64,000 nucleotides of DNA, from the NCBI GenBank assembly GCA_965215005.1, contig CBDCCZ010000044.1, positions 32,001 through 96,000 on the forward strand, read 5' to 3'. Made by a program: the position numbers and the translations under genes. Of this stretch, positions 51,061 through 59,691 are shown in pieces. How positions within the stretch are numbered: position 1 is the first letter of the stretch; the number at the start of each line of letters is the position of its first letter. The notes below the pieces were generated by a model. It ran no database searches. It saw only the letters and a program-made list of their open reading frames with translations, and was not told the DNA's origin. Source of the stretch: Kofleriaceae bacterium. Its GTDB lineage: Bacteria > Myxococcota_A > Polyangia > Haliangiales > Haliangiaceae.

Positions 51061-51834
51061 GTGATGGTGAAAATCGCCTGGCGGCAGCTCTGGCGGCGTA
51101 CCGACGGCTGCGAGAGTGAGGTGGTCGATGCGTTGGTAATCGAGGCTCCGCTCGAGCTTCGCGTCAACGGTGAGCCCTTCGTCGTCATCATGCGGACCCC
51201 GGGGCACGACGTCGAGCTTGCGCGCGGGCTGCTATGGGCGGAGGGCGTTGCCGGTCCACTCGCGATCGAGCAGGTCGAGTCTGACGTCGTCGACATACAG
51301 CTGGCCGCCGCCGAAGCGCGCGCTCTCGGTGGCCGCGCCCTGCTTGCAACCTCGAGCTGCGGCGTCTGCGGCAAACGCGCGATCGCCGACCTGGAGACGC
51401 GGTTGGACATCGTAGAAGCAGATATCGTCGCTTCTGCTGCGGTGGTGGCTGCTCTTCCCGATCGCCTGCGACGGGCGCAGCGGGTGTTCGACGCAACGGG
51501 TGGCTTACACGGCGCGGGATTCTTCGCCGCCAATGGCGAGCTCGTGGCGGCGCGGGAGGACGTTGGCCGTCACAACGCGGTCGATAAGCTCGTAGGGTGG
51601 GCGGCGGCGAGCGGGCGGCTGCCAGCGTCCGACTGGCTGCTGTGCGTCTCAGGCCGCCTCGGCTTCGAGATCGTTCAAAAGACTGTCGCGGCCGGTATCG
51701 GATTGGTCGCAGCGGTGTCAGCACCGAGCTCGCTCGCGGTCGATGTCGCCGAGCGATTTCGCGTCACGCTATGCGGCTTCGTCCGCAGCGGCGGCATGAA
51801 CATCTACAGCCATCCCTACCGCGTCGTCGATTGA
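51061..51834 (+). CDS. fdhD: Formate dehydrogenase accessory sulfurtransferase
   Basis: MRTPG, SSCGVCG, TGGLH, EDVGRHNAVDK, SAPSSLA. Confidence 0.93.
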   Translation: MMVKIAWRQLWRRTDGCESEVVDALVIEAPLELRVNGEPFVVIMRTPGHDVELARGLLWAEGVAGPLAIEQVESDVVDIQLAAAEARALGGRALLATSSCGVCGKRAIADLETRLDIVEADIVASAAVVAALPDRLRRAQRVFDATGGLHGAGFFAANGELVAAREDVGRHNAVDKLVGWAAASGRLPASDWLLCVSGRLGFEIVQKTVAAGIGLVAAVSAPSSLAVDVAERFRVTLCGFVRSGGMNIYSHPYRVVD

Positions 51835-51862
51835 ACCGCAGTGCCCGGCTCGAGTGCTTCGC

Positions 51863-52543
51863 TCAAATCGCTGCCAGATGCTCCTCAAAGAAGCGCAACG
51901 TGCGTTGCCAAGCGTCGGTCGCGGCTTGTTGGTCGAAGGCATCGGGCCGCGTGTCATTAAAGAATGCGTGGCCGACGCCGGGATAGATATGGGTCTCGAT
52001 GGTGCCGCCGCCGAGGCCGACGTTCTTCTCGAGCTCAGCGACCACCGCCGGCGGCACGGAGGCGTCTTGCTCGCCAAATAGCCCCAGCACCGGGCATCGC
52101 AGGGCCTGAAAGTCGAGCTTGACCTTGGGATGAATGCCGTAGAAGTCCACGCAAGCGGCCACATCGTGCGGCGCTTTGGTCGCTGCAAGAAGCGCCAGCT
52201 GACCACCCATGGAGAACCCCACCACGCCGACCGCGCCACCCGCTCGCCGACGAGCCTCGGCAGTGGCGATGCGCAGCTCCGCTGCCGCGCGCTCGATATC
52301 TAGCGCCATCAGCATGCGCCCGGCTTCGTCCGGCTGGGTGGTGCTGTCGCCGTGGTAGAGGTCGGGCGCAAGAGCCAAAAATCCGGCCTTTGCAAACCGC
52401 TCCGCCACGTCTTGGATATGCGGCACCAGCCCCCACCGCTCTTGGAGCACCACCACCGCGCGGCCAGGTTTCTGGCTCTCGGGCGTTGCGATGTAAGCGC
52501 TGAGATTGCTTCCCGCGGCTTCGAGCTCGATTCGGTCACCCAT
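51863..52543 (-). CDS. Dienelactone hydrolase family protein
   Basis: QERWG, APDLY, GFSMGG, YPGVGHAFFN. Confidence 0.92.
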   Translation of the reverse strand: MGDRIELEAAGSNLSAYIATPESQKPGRAVVVLQERWGLVPHIQDVAERFAKAGFLALAPDLYHGDSTTQPDEAGRMLMALDIERAAAELRIATAEARRRAGGAVGVVGFSMGGQLALLAATKAPHDVAACVDFYGIHPKVKLDFQALRCPVLGLFGEQDASVPPAVVAELEKNVGLGGGTIETHIYPGVGHAFFNDTRPDAFDQQAATDAWQRTLRFFEEHLAAI

Positions 52544-52577
52544 GGGCGCAGTATAGGCTAGGCCGGGGATCAGCTAT

Positions 52578-52994
52578 CTAGCCGCGCCCGGGGCCTTTCC
52601 AGCGCAGCAGCCGATGCGGCCACGGCGTGAGCCCGTCGTCCTGGCGCTTTTGGGCGCCGCGGGCGGTGAGCCGCGCAAGCATCGCCAGTCGCTGCTCGAG
52701 CTCTTCCGGCGCCTGCTCGAGAGCCTCGAGTGTGAACGTGCCGTCGAGGCAAAGACTGACCCGATACGCATACTTCTCCGTCGGCGTATAGATGGTGCCG
52801 CCGTAGACCGCGCGTGAAGCATCATCGCTGAGCTCCGCGCGCTCGAGGAGCAGTCGCGCTCCTTCGGAGGGATGCAGGGCGGAATCAGGCCGGTGCGGAC
52901 TCATGCGCAGCAAACTCGGGCAGCGACGCCCGCGAGTCAAGCAATCAGTACGGGCGTAGCGAGGGTGTGCGACTTCGTGCAACGCGGGGTTCAT
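52578..52994 (-). CDS. Hypothetical protein
   Basis: ATG overlaps the upstream stop (ATGA at 52991-52994); alternative start 52904; C-terminal WPHRLLRWKG. Confidence 0.6.
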   Translation of the reverse strand: MNPALHEVAHPRYARTDCLTRGRRCPSLLRMSPHRPDSALHPSEGARLLLERAELSDDASRAVYGGTIYTPTEKYAYRVSLCLDGTFTLEALEQAPEELEQRLAMLARLTARGAQKRQDDGLTPWPHRLLRWKGPGRG

Positions 52995-53827
52995 AGATCA
53001 AGGTCGGACTCGTCGTCATCGACTGGCTCGAACCGCACCTGCCGTCCCGCTGGACACACGGAGCGATAGTTGCAGCCATAGCACCACGCGCCCGCGTTGG
53101 GCCGCGGACCGTCATCGACGGCGAGCGCCGCCGCCTCGATGTTGTCCAGGAGATTGGGCAGGAACCGCTGACTGATTTCGCTCGAGCGCACCGGCCGCGC
53201 CCACTCGAGCTCTTCGTCGGCGACCCAATAGATGCCGAGCCAGAAGCGCTTTACATGGCGAAAGTAGGCGGCGGCGAGCACCGCGTAGCCCTCGAGCTGC
53301 TCGGTGATCGAGCGGAGCGCGGTGCGCGCGCCGGTCTTGTGATCGACGAGCGCTATGCTGTCGTCATCGTAAAGGAATCCTGCGTCGAGAACGCCGCGAT
53401 AGAGGGCGTCGCCGCTGTAGAACGGCGTCGGGCTGAAGTCTTCGCGAAAGGCGATTGTGAACTCGACCAAGTTGCGCGTGACCTTGCGACGCCGGCGGAA
53501 CTCCGCGATGCGATCGACCAGTGGCTGCACGCCTGCGGCGAGCTTGTCGTAGCGCTTCTCTTCGAGCTCGTCGGCGAGCTTCTCGCGCGCGATGACCAGG
53601 GCTTCGGCGGTAGGCGCGCCCTTGAGGCATTGCTCGATGGCCGCGTGAATTGCCTTGCCAACGCTCGCCTCGGGCATCACCTCGGGTTCGCGCAGCTTGT
53701 CGACGTAGCGGTAGTGGAACAGACGCGGACAGCGCAGCGCCATCTGCACTTTCGACGCCGACCAGGGCATGTGGAGACGTGCGCGAGCCGAGGCCACGGC
53801 CGAGCCTACCACTGCTGGCTCGACCAT
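52991..53827 (-). CDS. PD-(D/E)XK nuclease, Cas4/AddB-like with 4-Cys cluster motif
   Basis: WSAS...CPRLF, GKAIH, GVLD...VDHKTG, QLEGY, CYGCNYRSVC; start 53827 or 53770. Confidence 0.85.
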   Translation of the reverse strand: MVEPAVVGSAVASARARLHMPWSASKVQMALRCPRLFHYRYVDKLREPEVMPEASVGKAIHAAIEQCLKGAPTAEALVIAREKLADELEEKRYDKLAAGVQPLVDRIAEFRRRRKVTRNLVEFTIAFREDFSPTPFYSGDALYRGVLDAGFLYDDDSIALVDHKTGARTALRSITEQLEGYAVLAAAYFRHVKRFWLGIYWVADEELEWARPVRSSEISQRFLPNLLDNIEAAALAVDDGPRPNAGAWCYGCNYRSVCPAGRQVRFEPVDDDESDLDL

Positions 53828-53899
53828 TCGAAAAGTTGCCCCAGCTAGCGAGCGCGGCGTATCACGGTGGGAACGCGACGAACGTCGGCGGAGGTGGCG

Positions 53900-54403
53900 A
53901 TGATGAAACACACCTGCGGAATTTGCAGCGCCAATGTAGCCGAGCTTCGACGCGGACGCTGCTGGACTTGCTACACGCGCTGGGTGGAAGAGCGGCCGGT
54001 GGCGCGGGGAGCAAAGTGCTGCGTGTGCAACGAACGCCGGCGCGACTTCCTCAAGAGCATCGAGCTGCACGGTGCGTGGGCGGCAATGTGCTTCTCCTGC
54101 CACGGCCGCGCCACACGATTGGCGCCGCTGCCCGATACGATCGCAGGGCTGCGCGAGGCTTTGAGCCGCGACCGGCGCGATGACGATCGCCGGTTCGGCA
54201 AGCGCGATACGCGCGTGTTTCAGTACGATCGCCGCAGTGACGACCGCCGCCTCGGCCGCGCGCGCACGATAGATGACGTGCAAGCGATCGACGACGAGAT
54301 GATCGTCGAGATCGATGGCGAGGCAGAGAGCGTTGGGCAGCCCGGCGACGCCGAGGCGGCAAGCTGTGATTGGTCGGAGCTCACTCGCATCCACGAGCCG
54401 TGA
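53900..54403 (+). CDS. Protein with four CxxC pairs and DRR repeats
   Basis: GGAGG RBS; CGIC, CWTC, CVC (within KCCVC), CFSC; RDRRDDDRR...YDRRSDDRR. Confidence 0.75.
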   Translation: MMKHTCGICSANVAELRRGRCWTCYTRWVEERPVARGAKCCVCNERRRDFLKSIELHGAWAAMCFSCHGRATRLAPLPDTIAGLREALSRDRRDDDRRFGKRDTRVFQYDRRSDDRRLGRARTIDDVQAIDDEMIVEIDGEAESVGQPGDAEAASCDWSELTRIHEP

Positions 54404-54828
54404 CGCGTCTGGCTACGCGGGCTGAACATGGTGCTCGCGGGTTGGGTGGTACTGGGCCGTGAACGGATGGAGCTCACCGTGGCGGGAGTCGAACTCGCTA
54501 GCTTGAGAAGGTGGGCTCGCGCTCGCGCGAAGGCGTGAGGTCAACCTGTCATGCCATGACAGCGACTTAGAAGCGTTGTCGCTCTCACGCGTTTAGGGCC
54601 GCGGTAGAGGTTGGCATGAATGGGCTCAAATCGGCTCGTACAGGCGTTTCGCGGCGTTACGCGTGTTCCACTTCGAGTCGCCGAAAACGCCGACAAAAAC
54701 ACGCATGTCAAGACTGGTACCCAGAAATCTAGGCGCTAGGATTCACCACGCAACGCACGAATGGGTCAAACGCCGGGGGGGCGGTGCCCATTGCATAGCG
54801 TCCTTCCTTCCTTCGAGGAGCAAACGAC

Positions 54829-55245
54829 ATGAGTACGCTGGCAGTGGTGGAAGAAATCTTGTGTGAGACCGAAGTGCCCATGTCTGTACGTCAGATCGTC
54901 GAGTACGCCAGCGGGCGTCTGCCGACGAAATCGAAGACGCCAGACACCGTCGTCGCACGCGATCTGTCCATGGACATCAAGAAGAAGGGCGATTCATCCC
55001 TCTTCGTTCGTACTGCGCCGGGGCGCTACACGATGCGCGCGCTCCACGTTCGTACGATAGCCGAGCCCGAGGTGGCAACACGGCATGAGTCGGTCGCCGC
55101 AACGATGGTGCCGCCGAGCATGCCACCGCGGCAGGAGGCGCCGGCGTCGGTGCTGAGCTCGGCAATTCGCAGCGAACGCGCCGGCACGCTCGCCGCGCCG
55201 CGCTCGCCGCACAGCGAGCAGTCTGCGTCGATTCATCAGCATTGA
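54829..55245 (+). CDS. HARE-HTH (winged helix) domain protein
   Basis: GAGGAG RBS; EILCETEVPMSVRQIV...SKTPDTVVARDLSMDIKKKGDSSLFVRTAPGRY. Confidence 0.8.
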   Translation: MSTLAVVEEILCETEVPMSVRQIVEYASGRLPTKSKTPDTVVARDLSMDIKKKGDSSLFVRTAPGRYTMRALHVRTIAEPEVATRHESVAATMVPPSMPPRQEAPASVLSSAIRSERAGTLAAPRSPHSEQSASIHQH

Positions 55246-55517
55246 GTCAGGCGTCGGGGGCGAGGCACCGCCAATGCGGTGTAGCTAGCCGTGCTTCGAG
55301 GCTGCGGGTGGAATGCCTTCCAGTGTGGAGGCGAGCCACTCGCACCCGCGGCTTCTTGCTACGGCGCTGTGAGCGCGGCCAAGTCGAGCAGCGTTCGCAA
55401 TTCAAGGCGCGTCGCATCCGGCGCGCGTCGCAAATCCGTCGCAATGCTAACCGCGAACTGTCGCGCCGCCAATCGCTTCAGCGCCGTCTAAGCGGTCGCG
55501 GCATGTTGGCCGCGGCC

Positions 55518-56012
55518 ATGGTTCTAGCTACGCTACGGATCGTGATTCGCCGGGCATCGCAGGGCGACCGCCTCTGGATACAGCAGGTCGCCGCCGAGGT
55601 CTACGGCGAGCTGGGCGACTACGGGCAGATCATTCCATCGTGGATCGACCACCCTGGGGTCCTGGCGTACGTGGAAGAGGACGAAGCGGCACAGGAGCTT
55701 CGCGGCTTTCTGTTGCTTGGCTTTTATGAAACGTTGGAGCCGCTCAATGGCTTCGTCGCCGATGTGCTGGCCATCGCCGTGGCCCCATCGTTCCAGCGCC
55801 GTGGCTTGGGTCGCAAGCTTCTCTCGCACGCGATCTCACTCGCCGAGATGGCCAACCGCCGCAGTCGGGTGGGCGAGATTCGATTGACGGTCGCCGACTC
55901 CAATCGCGCGGGGCGCCATCTCTACACCAGCTCCGGCTTCCGCGTTCTCGATGAGCAACACGGTCACTACGATGGCGGCCAGCGGGCCATCCGCATGGGA
56001 CGGCGCCTGTGA
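55518..56012 (+). CDS. GNAT acetyltransferase (RimI-like)
   Basis: IAVAPSFQRRGLGRKLL, NRAGRHLYTSSGF, HYDGGQRAIRM; start uncertain (55503-55542). Confidence 0.88.
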   Translation: MVLATLRIVIRRASQGDRLWIQQVAAEVYGELGDYGQIIPSWIDHPGVLAYVEEDEAAQELRGFLLLGFYETLEPLNGFVADVLAIAVAPSFQRRGLGRKLLSHAISLAEMANRRSRVGEIRLTVADSNRAGRHLYTSSGFRVLDEQHGHYDGGQRAIRMGRRL

Positions 56013-56083
56013 CGTCCTCGGTTTGCTCGAGCTGCACCCGGACGCATCGGGCGTGAGGTGCATCGCCGGCCTAGGCTAGCAAC

Positions 56084-57454
56084 TCATCGCGCTACACGTT
56101 GGCCGTTAGCGACCGCGTCCGCCTGCTTCTTGGCTTGCTGCTCGGCGAGGAACTTCATGATGAACGGAAAGCCAACCTGGAGGGTGTTGAGCTTCGGCGC
56201 CAGCTGCGCGGACAAACCGAACATGATGATCACCGCGCGTTCGATGTAGAACCAGCCGAGCGGGTACTGTACCGACCTCATCAGCTCGCGCAGCTCATCG
56301 CGCTTCATCTCCGGGCTGGTGAACGCTTGAACTTGTGCCGGCGAAATGCGGCCAAAGTCCTGCAGGTTGAGGTTGAGGAGCTTCTCAAAGTAGCGCCGGG
56401 TGGTGCGCTCGAGCAGCGCTCGGTCGCCGCCTTCGGCGACAAAGCCCATGGTCTCGATGCCGCGAACTACCTCGTCGTCGTTGCGAGTCATCAAGCCGGT
56501 CAGCACCGCGAGCATGCCTTCGGCGAGGGCCTCGGTGACTTCGCTCGACGACCCAAAGTCGAGGATCACCAATCGCGGTTGCCCTGCTGGTCCGCGTTGC
56601 ACGAAGAAGTTGCCGGGATGCGGATCAGCGTGGAAGAAGCGGTCGATGAACAGTTGCTTGTAAAATACCTGCACCAGCTTGGTAGCGACGTCGGCCGGCT
56701 CGAGCCCGAGCTCATCGAGCGCGCTGGCGCGGGTAATCTTGACGCCTTCCATGAACGACATCGTGAGGATGTGTTTGCTAGAGAGCTCATGGTGCACCTT
56801 TGGGAACAGGACGTCGGGATCGCCCTCGAAGTTGCGCGCCATGCGTTCGAGACAGTGCGCTTCATGAATCAGATCGGTCTCGCGTTTCAGCATGTCGCGC
56901 AGCTGTTCGAGAACGCGGTCGAGTTGTTGCACTGGCACGAACAAGCGATAGAGGCGTAGCGCCCACCCGAGCACTCGCACGTCGATAGCGATGATGGTGT
57001 CTACTCGCGGATAAAGCACTTTGACCGCGAGTCGCTCACCCGCATGCGACTCGGCCTCGTGAACCTGGCCGAGTGAAGCGGCGGCGATGGGTTGCTCTGC
57101 GAAGCGTCGAAATGCTTGCGTGGGTGAGGTGCCGAAAGCGCGCTGGAACGCGGCGGCGATGACCGCATACGGCTGATGCGGTACGGTGTCCTGCAGACCT
57201 TCGAGCTCGTCGACGTAGGCACGCGGCAAGAACGTGCCCATGATCGACAGCACCTGGCCGAGCTTTATGTAGACGCCGCGTAGGCGGACGAACCCGCGAT
57301 ACATGCGGCGCGCGTTCCGGCGGTGGACGAGCGGCCAGCGATGCGCGACGCGAGAGCCGCCAACGAGTCGCTGCAAGCCCAGCTGAAGCAAATAGCTGGC
57401 GAAAATCCAGCCAAAGACCCAGCAGGCGGAGATCAACCGTAAGACTGCCCACAT
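56084..57454 (-). CDS. ABC1/UbiB/AarF atypical kinase
   Basis: IKLGQ, AAASLGQVH, AVKV, FHADPHPGN, LDFG. Confidence 0.94.
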   Translation of the reverse strand: MWAVLRLISACWVFGWIFASYLLQLGLQRLVGGSRVAHRWPLVHRRNARRMYRGFVRLRGVYIKLGQVLSIMGTFLPRAYVDELEGLQDTVPHQPYAVIAAAFQRAFGTSPTQAFRRFAEQPIAAASLGQVHEAESHAGERLAVKVLYPRVDTIIAIDVRVLGWALRLYRLFVPVQQLDRVLEQLRDMLKRETDLIHEAHCLERMARNFEGDPDVLFPKVHHELSSKHILTMSFMEGVKITRASALDELGLEPADVATKLVQVFYKQLFIDRFFHADPHPGNFFVQRGPAGQPRLVILDFGSSSEVTEALAEGMLAVLTGLMTRNDDEVVRGIETMGFVAEGGDRALLERTTRRYFEKLLNLNLQDFGRISPAQVQAFTSPEMKRDELRELMRSVQYPLGWFYIERAVIIMFGLSAQLAPKLNTLQVGFPFIMKFLAEQQAKKQADAVANGQRVAR

Positions 57455-57822
57455 CGCTTGCGCCGATTCCCCGTGACGCTGCTACGAGCGCCGCGCCGCC
57501 TCCAAAGGCAAGATGCTAGCACGCGTATCGAAGATGCAGACCATGTTCTAGCGAGCGCACAGCTGCTCTAAGCGTTTCAGGGGAACCTCAGCGTATGCGT
57601 TTGGCCGCGCGACCGGTGAGAGCTTGGACAGTGCCGCGAGGCTGTCTTGATCGAGGCGTCGGTGCCGACCGATTGGCTGCGCTCGAGTCCATTGCGAGAG
57701 TGACAGACCCGTGCAGTAGGTTGTGGCAACGCACAAACGGGTCGGGAGGCACGGATTCAACGGCAACTAGCTGTAGTAGGTTTGCCTTGACGACCCACAA
57801 CCTCTAGCGTAACAAAGGGCGT

Positions 57823-58104
57823 ATGGCGAAGAAGCAGACACGGCGCAGCATCAGCGTGAGCCGGGTTACCTATGAGCGCCTCAAGGGCTACTGCGAGGCT
57901 CAGGGAGTCTCGATGAGCCAGTTTGTTGAGGCGCGCGTTGGCGACTACCTAGGCGAATCGAAGACCGAAGAGCGAACCACGTTGCCGAGGCCTTCGCGTC
58001 CCGAACCGGTGCCGATGGTGTCGGTGCGGCCTCTTGCGCGAGAGCAACAGCCGGAGGTGAAGGCGCCGCGCAAGATCACCGCCGAGCAGATCTTCACGTT
58101 CTGA
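57823..58104 (+). CDS. Ribbon-helix-helix-like DNA-binding protein
   Basis: RRSISVS (strand), TYERLKGYCEAQG and SMSQFVE (helices). Confidence 0.75.
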   Translation: MAKKQTRRSISVSRVTYERLKGYCEAQGVSMSQFVEARVGDYLGESKTEERTTLPRPSRPEPVPMVSVRPLAREQQPEVKAPRKITAEQIFTF

Positions 58105-58471
58105 CCGCGTTGAGCAGGCGAGCTCGTCATCGAGGGGATGGTGGGCTTGCTCGAGTTGTTGACACTGCCAACGGGTTGTTGACGCGCACCTCGTGTCGCC
58201 GGTTTGCGTCGGCGACGCGCTGAGAGTCGCTGCAGCAAAATCTGCGAGACCTCTGCGGCGTTGACTCGCGTGCTGGCTCTGCAAGAGCTGTCGATATCAC
58301 GGGGGGCAGAAGGGGACACCGACGCGGAACGGGCACGTGCAGCACGCCCGCCTCTGTCGCGTGAGCGACGCAACGCGTCGGTGATCTCGGAGGTAACCGC
58401 GGAGGTGGGGGCAATGGCGTCTGTAGCCAGCGCGGGAGGGCTCGAGGCGTTGCTGGACGGTGCGCGCTGGG

Positions 58472-58852
58472 CTAGCGAGTCACCTGGTCGTCGCTGCCCA
58501 AGGCTGGAAACGTCGCGATCACTTCGGTGGTGATGCCCCCGCGTACGAAGAATTTGCCGGTTACCGTCATCCGTCGTGGTTTGGTGGCGGCGACCAAGTC
58601 ATCGAGAATCTGATTGGTGACGGCTTCATGGAAGGCGCCTTCATTGCGGTAGCTCCACAAGTAGAGCTTGAGTGCCTTGAGCTCCACGCACGTCTGTTCG
58701 GGAACGTACTCGATGGCGATGTGAGCAAAGTCAGGTTGGCCGGTGAGCGGGCAGAGACAGGTGAATTCCGGGCAGTCAAAGCGGATTAAGAACCCGCGGC
58801 CCGGCCGAGGATTTGGGAAGGTTTCGAGAGTTTTGCTCGGGGTGCTCGGCAT
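58472..58852 (-). CDS. queF: NADPH-dependent preQ0 reductase (preQ1 synthase)
   Basis: [32 protein letters not shown]. Confidence 0.95.
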   Translation of the reverse strand: MPSTPSKTLETFPNPRPGRGFLIRFDCPEFTCLCPLTGQPDFAHIAIEYVPEQTCVELKALKLYLWSYRNEGAFHEAVTNQILDDLVAATKPRRMTVTGKFFVRGGITTEVIATFPALGSDDQVTR

Positions 58853-59367
58853 CGATTGGCTCCGGCCGCGTACATAGCACGACCTCGGGAGTCGCGCCGG
58901 AGCTCGTGAGCGCACGAGAGTCTGCAATTCAGTGAGCACCCGAGCGGTACGGGCGATGGCATAAAGGGCTCTTGCCGGCGCTTCTGGGCGTCACCCGCGC
59001 GTAACGTCTCGGTAAAGACTGCGTGCGGTGACCCCGGTGGCGTGCGCTTGCGGCGCTAGTGAGGAGGGGGCCGAGGCCGTGCCAAGCTACCTCACGGGTG
59101 GGCGTGCAAATGCTGCTACTTTTTGTAGCGCGGCGGGCACGACGCGCATATGCTGGAGGTACGGCTAACCTCACAGGCCGCCGGTATCACCGCGCGAGCT
59201 CCCAATGCGGGGACCGTGGAGGTGACCGGGGACGGGTCAAAGAAAGGGCCCACAACGAAAGCTCAGCCCACGGGAACCGCCTCCGTTGCATACCACGCTG
59301 TACGCGGCGTGATTGAGCGGGCCGAATAGGCTGAGTGCTGGCATGTAGCCAGGGGAGGTGAGAACGC

Positions 59368-59415
59368 ATGAACCAACACAGTCGTGACTTCAACCGAAAG
59401 GAGCTCTTGCTCTAA
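59368..59415 (+). CDS. 15-aa micro-ORF MNQHSRDFNRKELLL
   Basis: GGAGGTGA at 59354-59361, 6 nt before ATG 59368; TAA 59413-59415. Confidence 0.5.
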   Translation: MNQHSRDFNRKELLL

Positions 59416-59447
59416 CGTCCCTTCGGGACATTGAGTAGGAACTGCGG

Positions 59448-59480
59448 GGGCCTCTGGCGATGAGTCAGAGGCCCTTTTTT
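59448..59480 (+). terminator. Rho-independent terminator
   Basis: GGGCCTCTGGC-GATGA-GTCAGAGGCCC 11-bp stem (one G-U pair) followed by TTTTTT. Confidence 0.9.
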
Positions 59481-59691
59481 ATGGTGCTCACGCAGATCGT
59501 TTGAACGCGCTCACGCCGGGCACTGGTGAGATGAGTGCAACGGCGGAGCGCCGAGAACAAGACGCCGCAGGTCAAATGACGCGGGTGCTTTGCGCGATCG
59601 ACGAGCAGTGCCGTGAATCGCCTTGGGTGGGCCAGAGACAGTAGAGCGGTGCAGGTTTGGCAGCGCGGACCTGCTGAGCGACTCGCAGTGG

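Larger units (their letters stand above)
59181..59480 (+). ncRNA. Candidate structured RNA carrying a micro-ORF
   Basis: At least seven helices visible by eye, UNCG loops and its own intrinsic terminator; no long + strand gene precedes the terminator; 5' end uncertain. Confidence 0.65.

Noticed and set aside
53828..54394. N-terminal 190 aa of the 467-aa minus-strand ORF 52991-54394
   Set aside because: Antisense to the Cys-rich gene that has its own RBS; the nuclease domain begins near 53770-53827.
54611..54627. Sigma-54 promoter candidate TGGCATG...GGCT
   Set aside because: GG-to-GC spacing is one base short of the required -24/-12 geometry.
58105..58471. ORFs in the gap between the RHH gene and queF
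   Set aside because: Short, overlapping, low-complexity frames with no RBS or motif support.
58472..58852. queF as part of a 7-deazaguanine DNA-modification island
   Set aside because: No dpdA/tgt, queC, queD, queE or folE nearby; ordinary queuosine synthesis is sufficient.
58853..59180. Possible preQ1 riboswitch upstream of queF
   Set aside because: I could not find the preQ1 stem plus A-rich tail consensus; the structured RNA nearby is on the opposite strand.
59255..59360. Superficial resemblance of ACGAAAGCT...ACGGGAAC...CTGAGT to group II intron domain I
   Set aside because: No domain V/VI or reverse transcriptase nearby, and the element ends in an intrinsic terminator; remote ancestry cannot be excluded without a covariance-model search.
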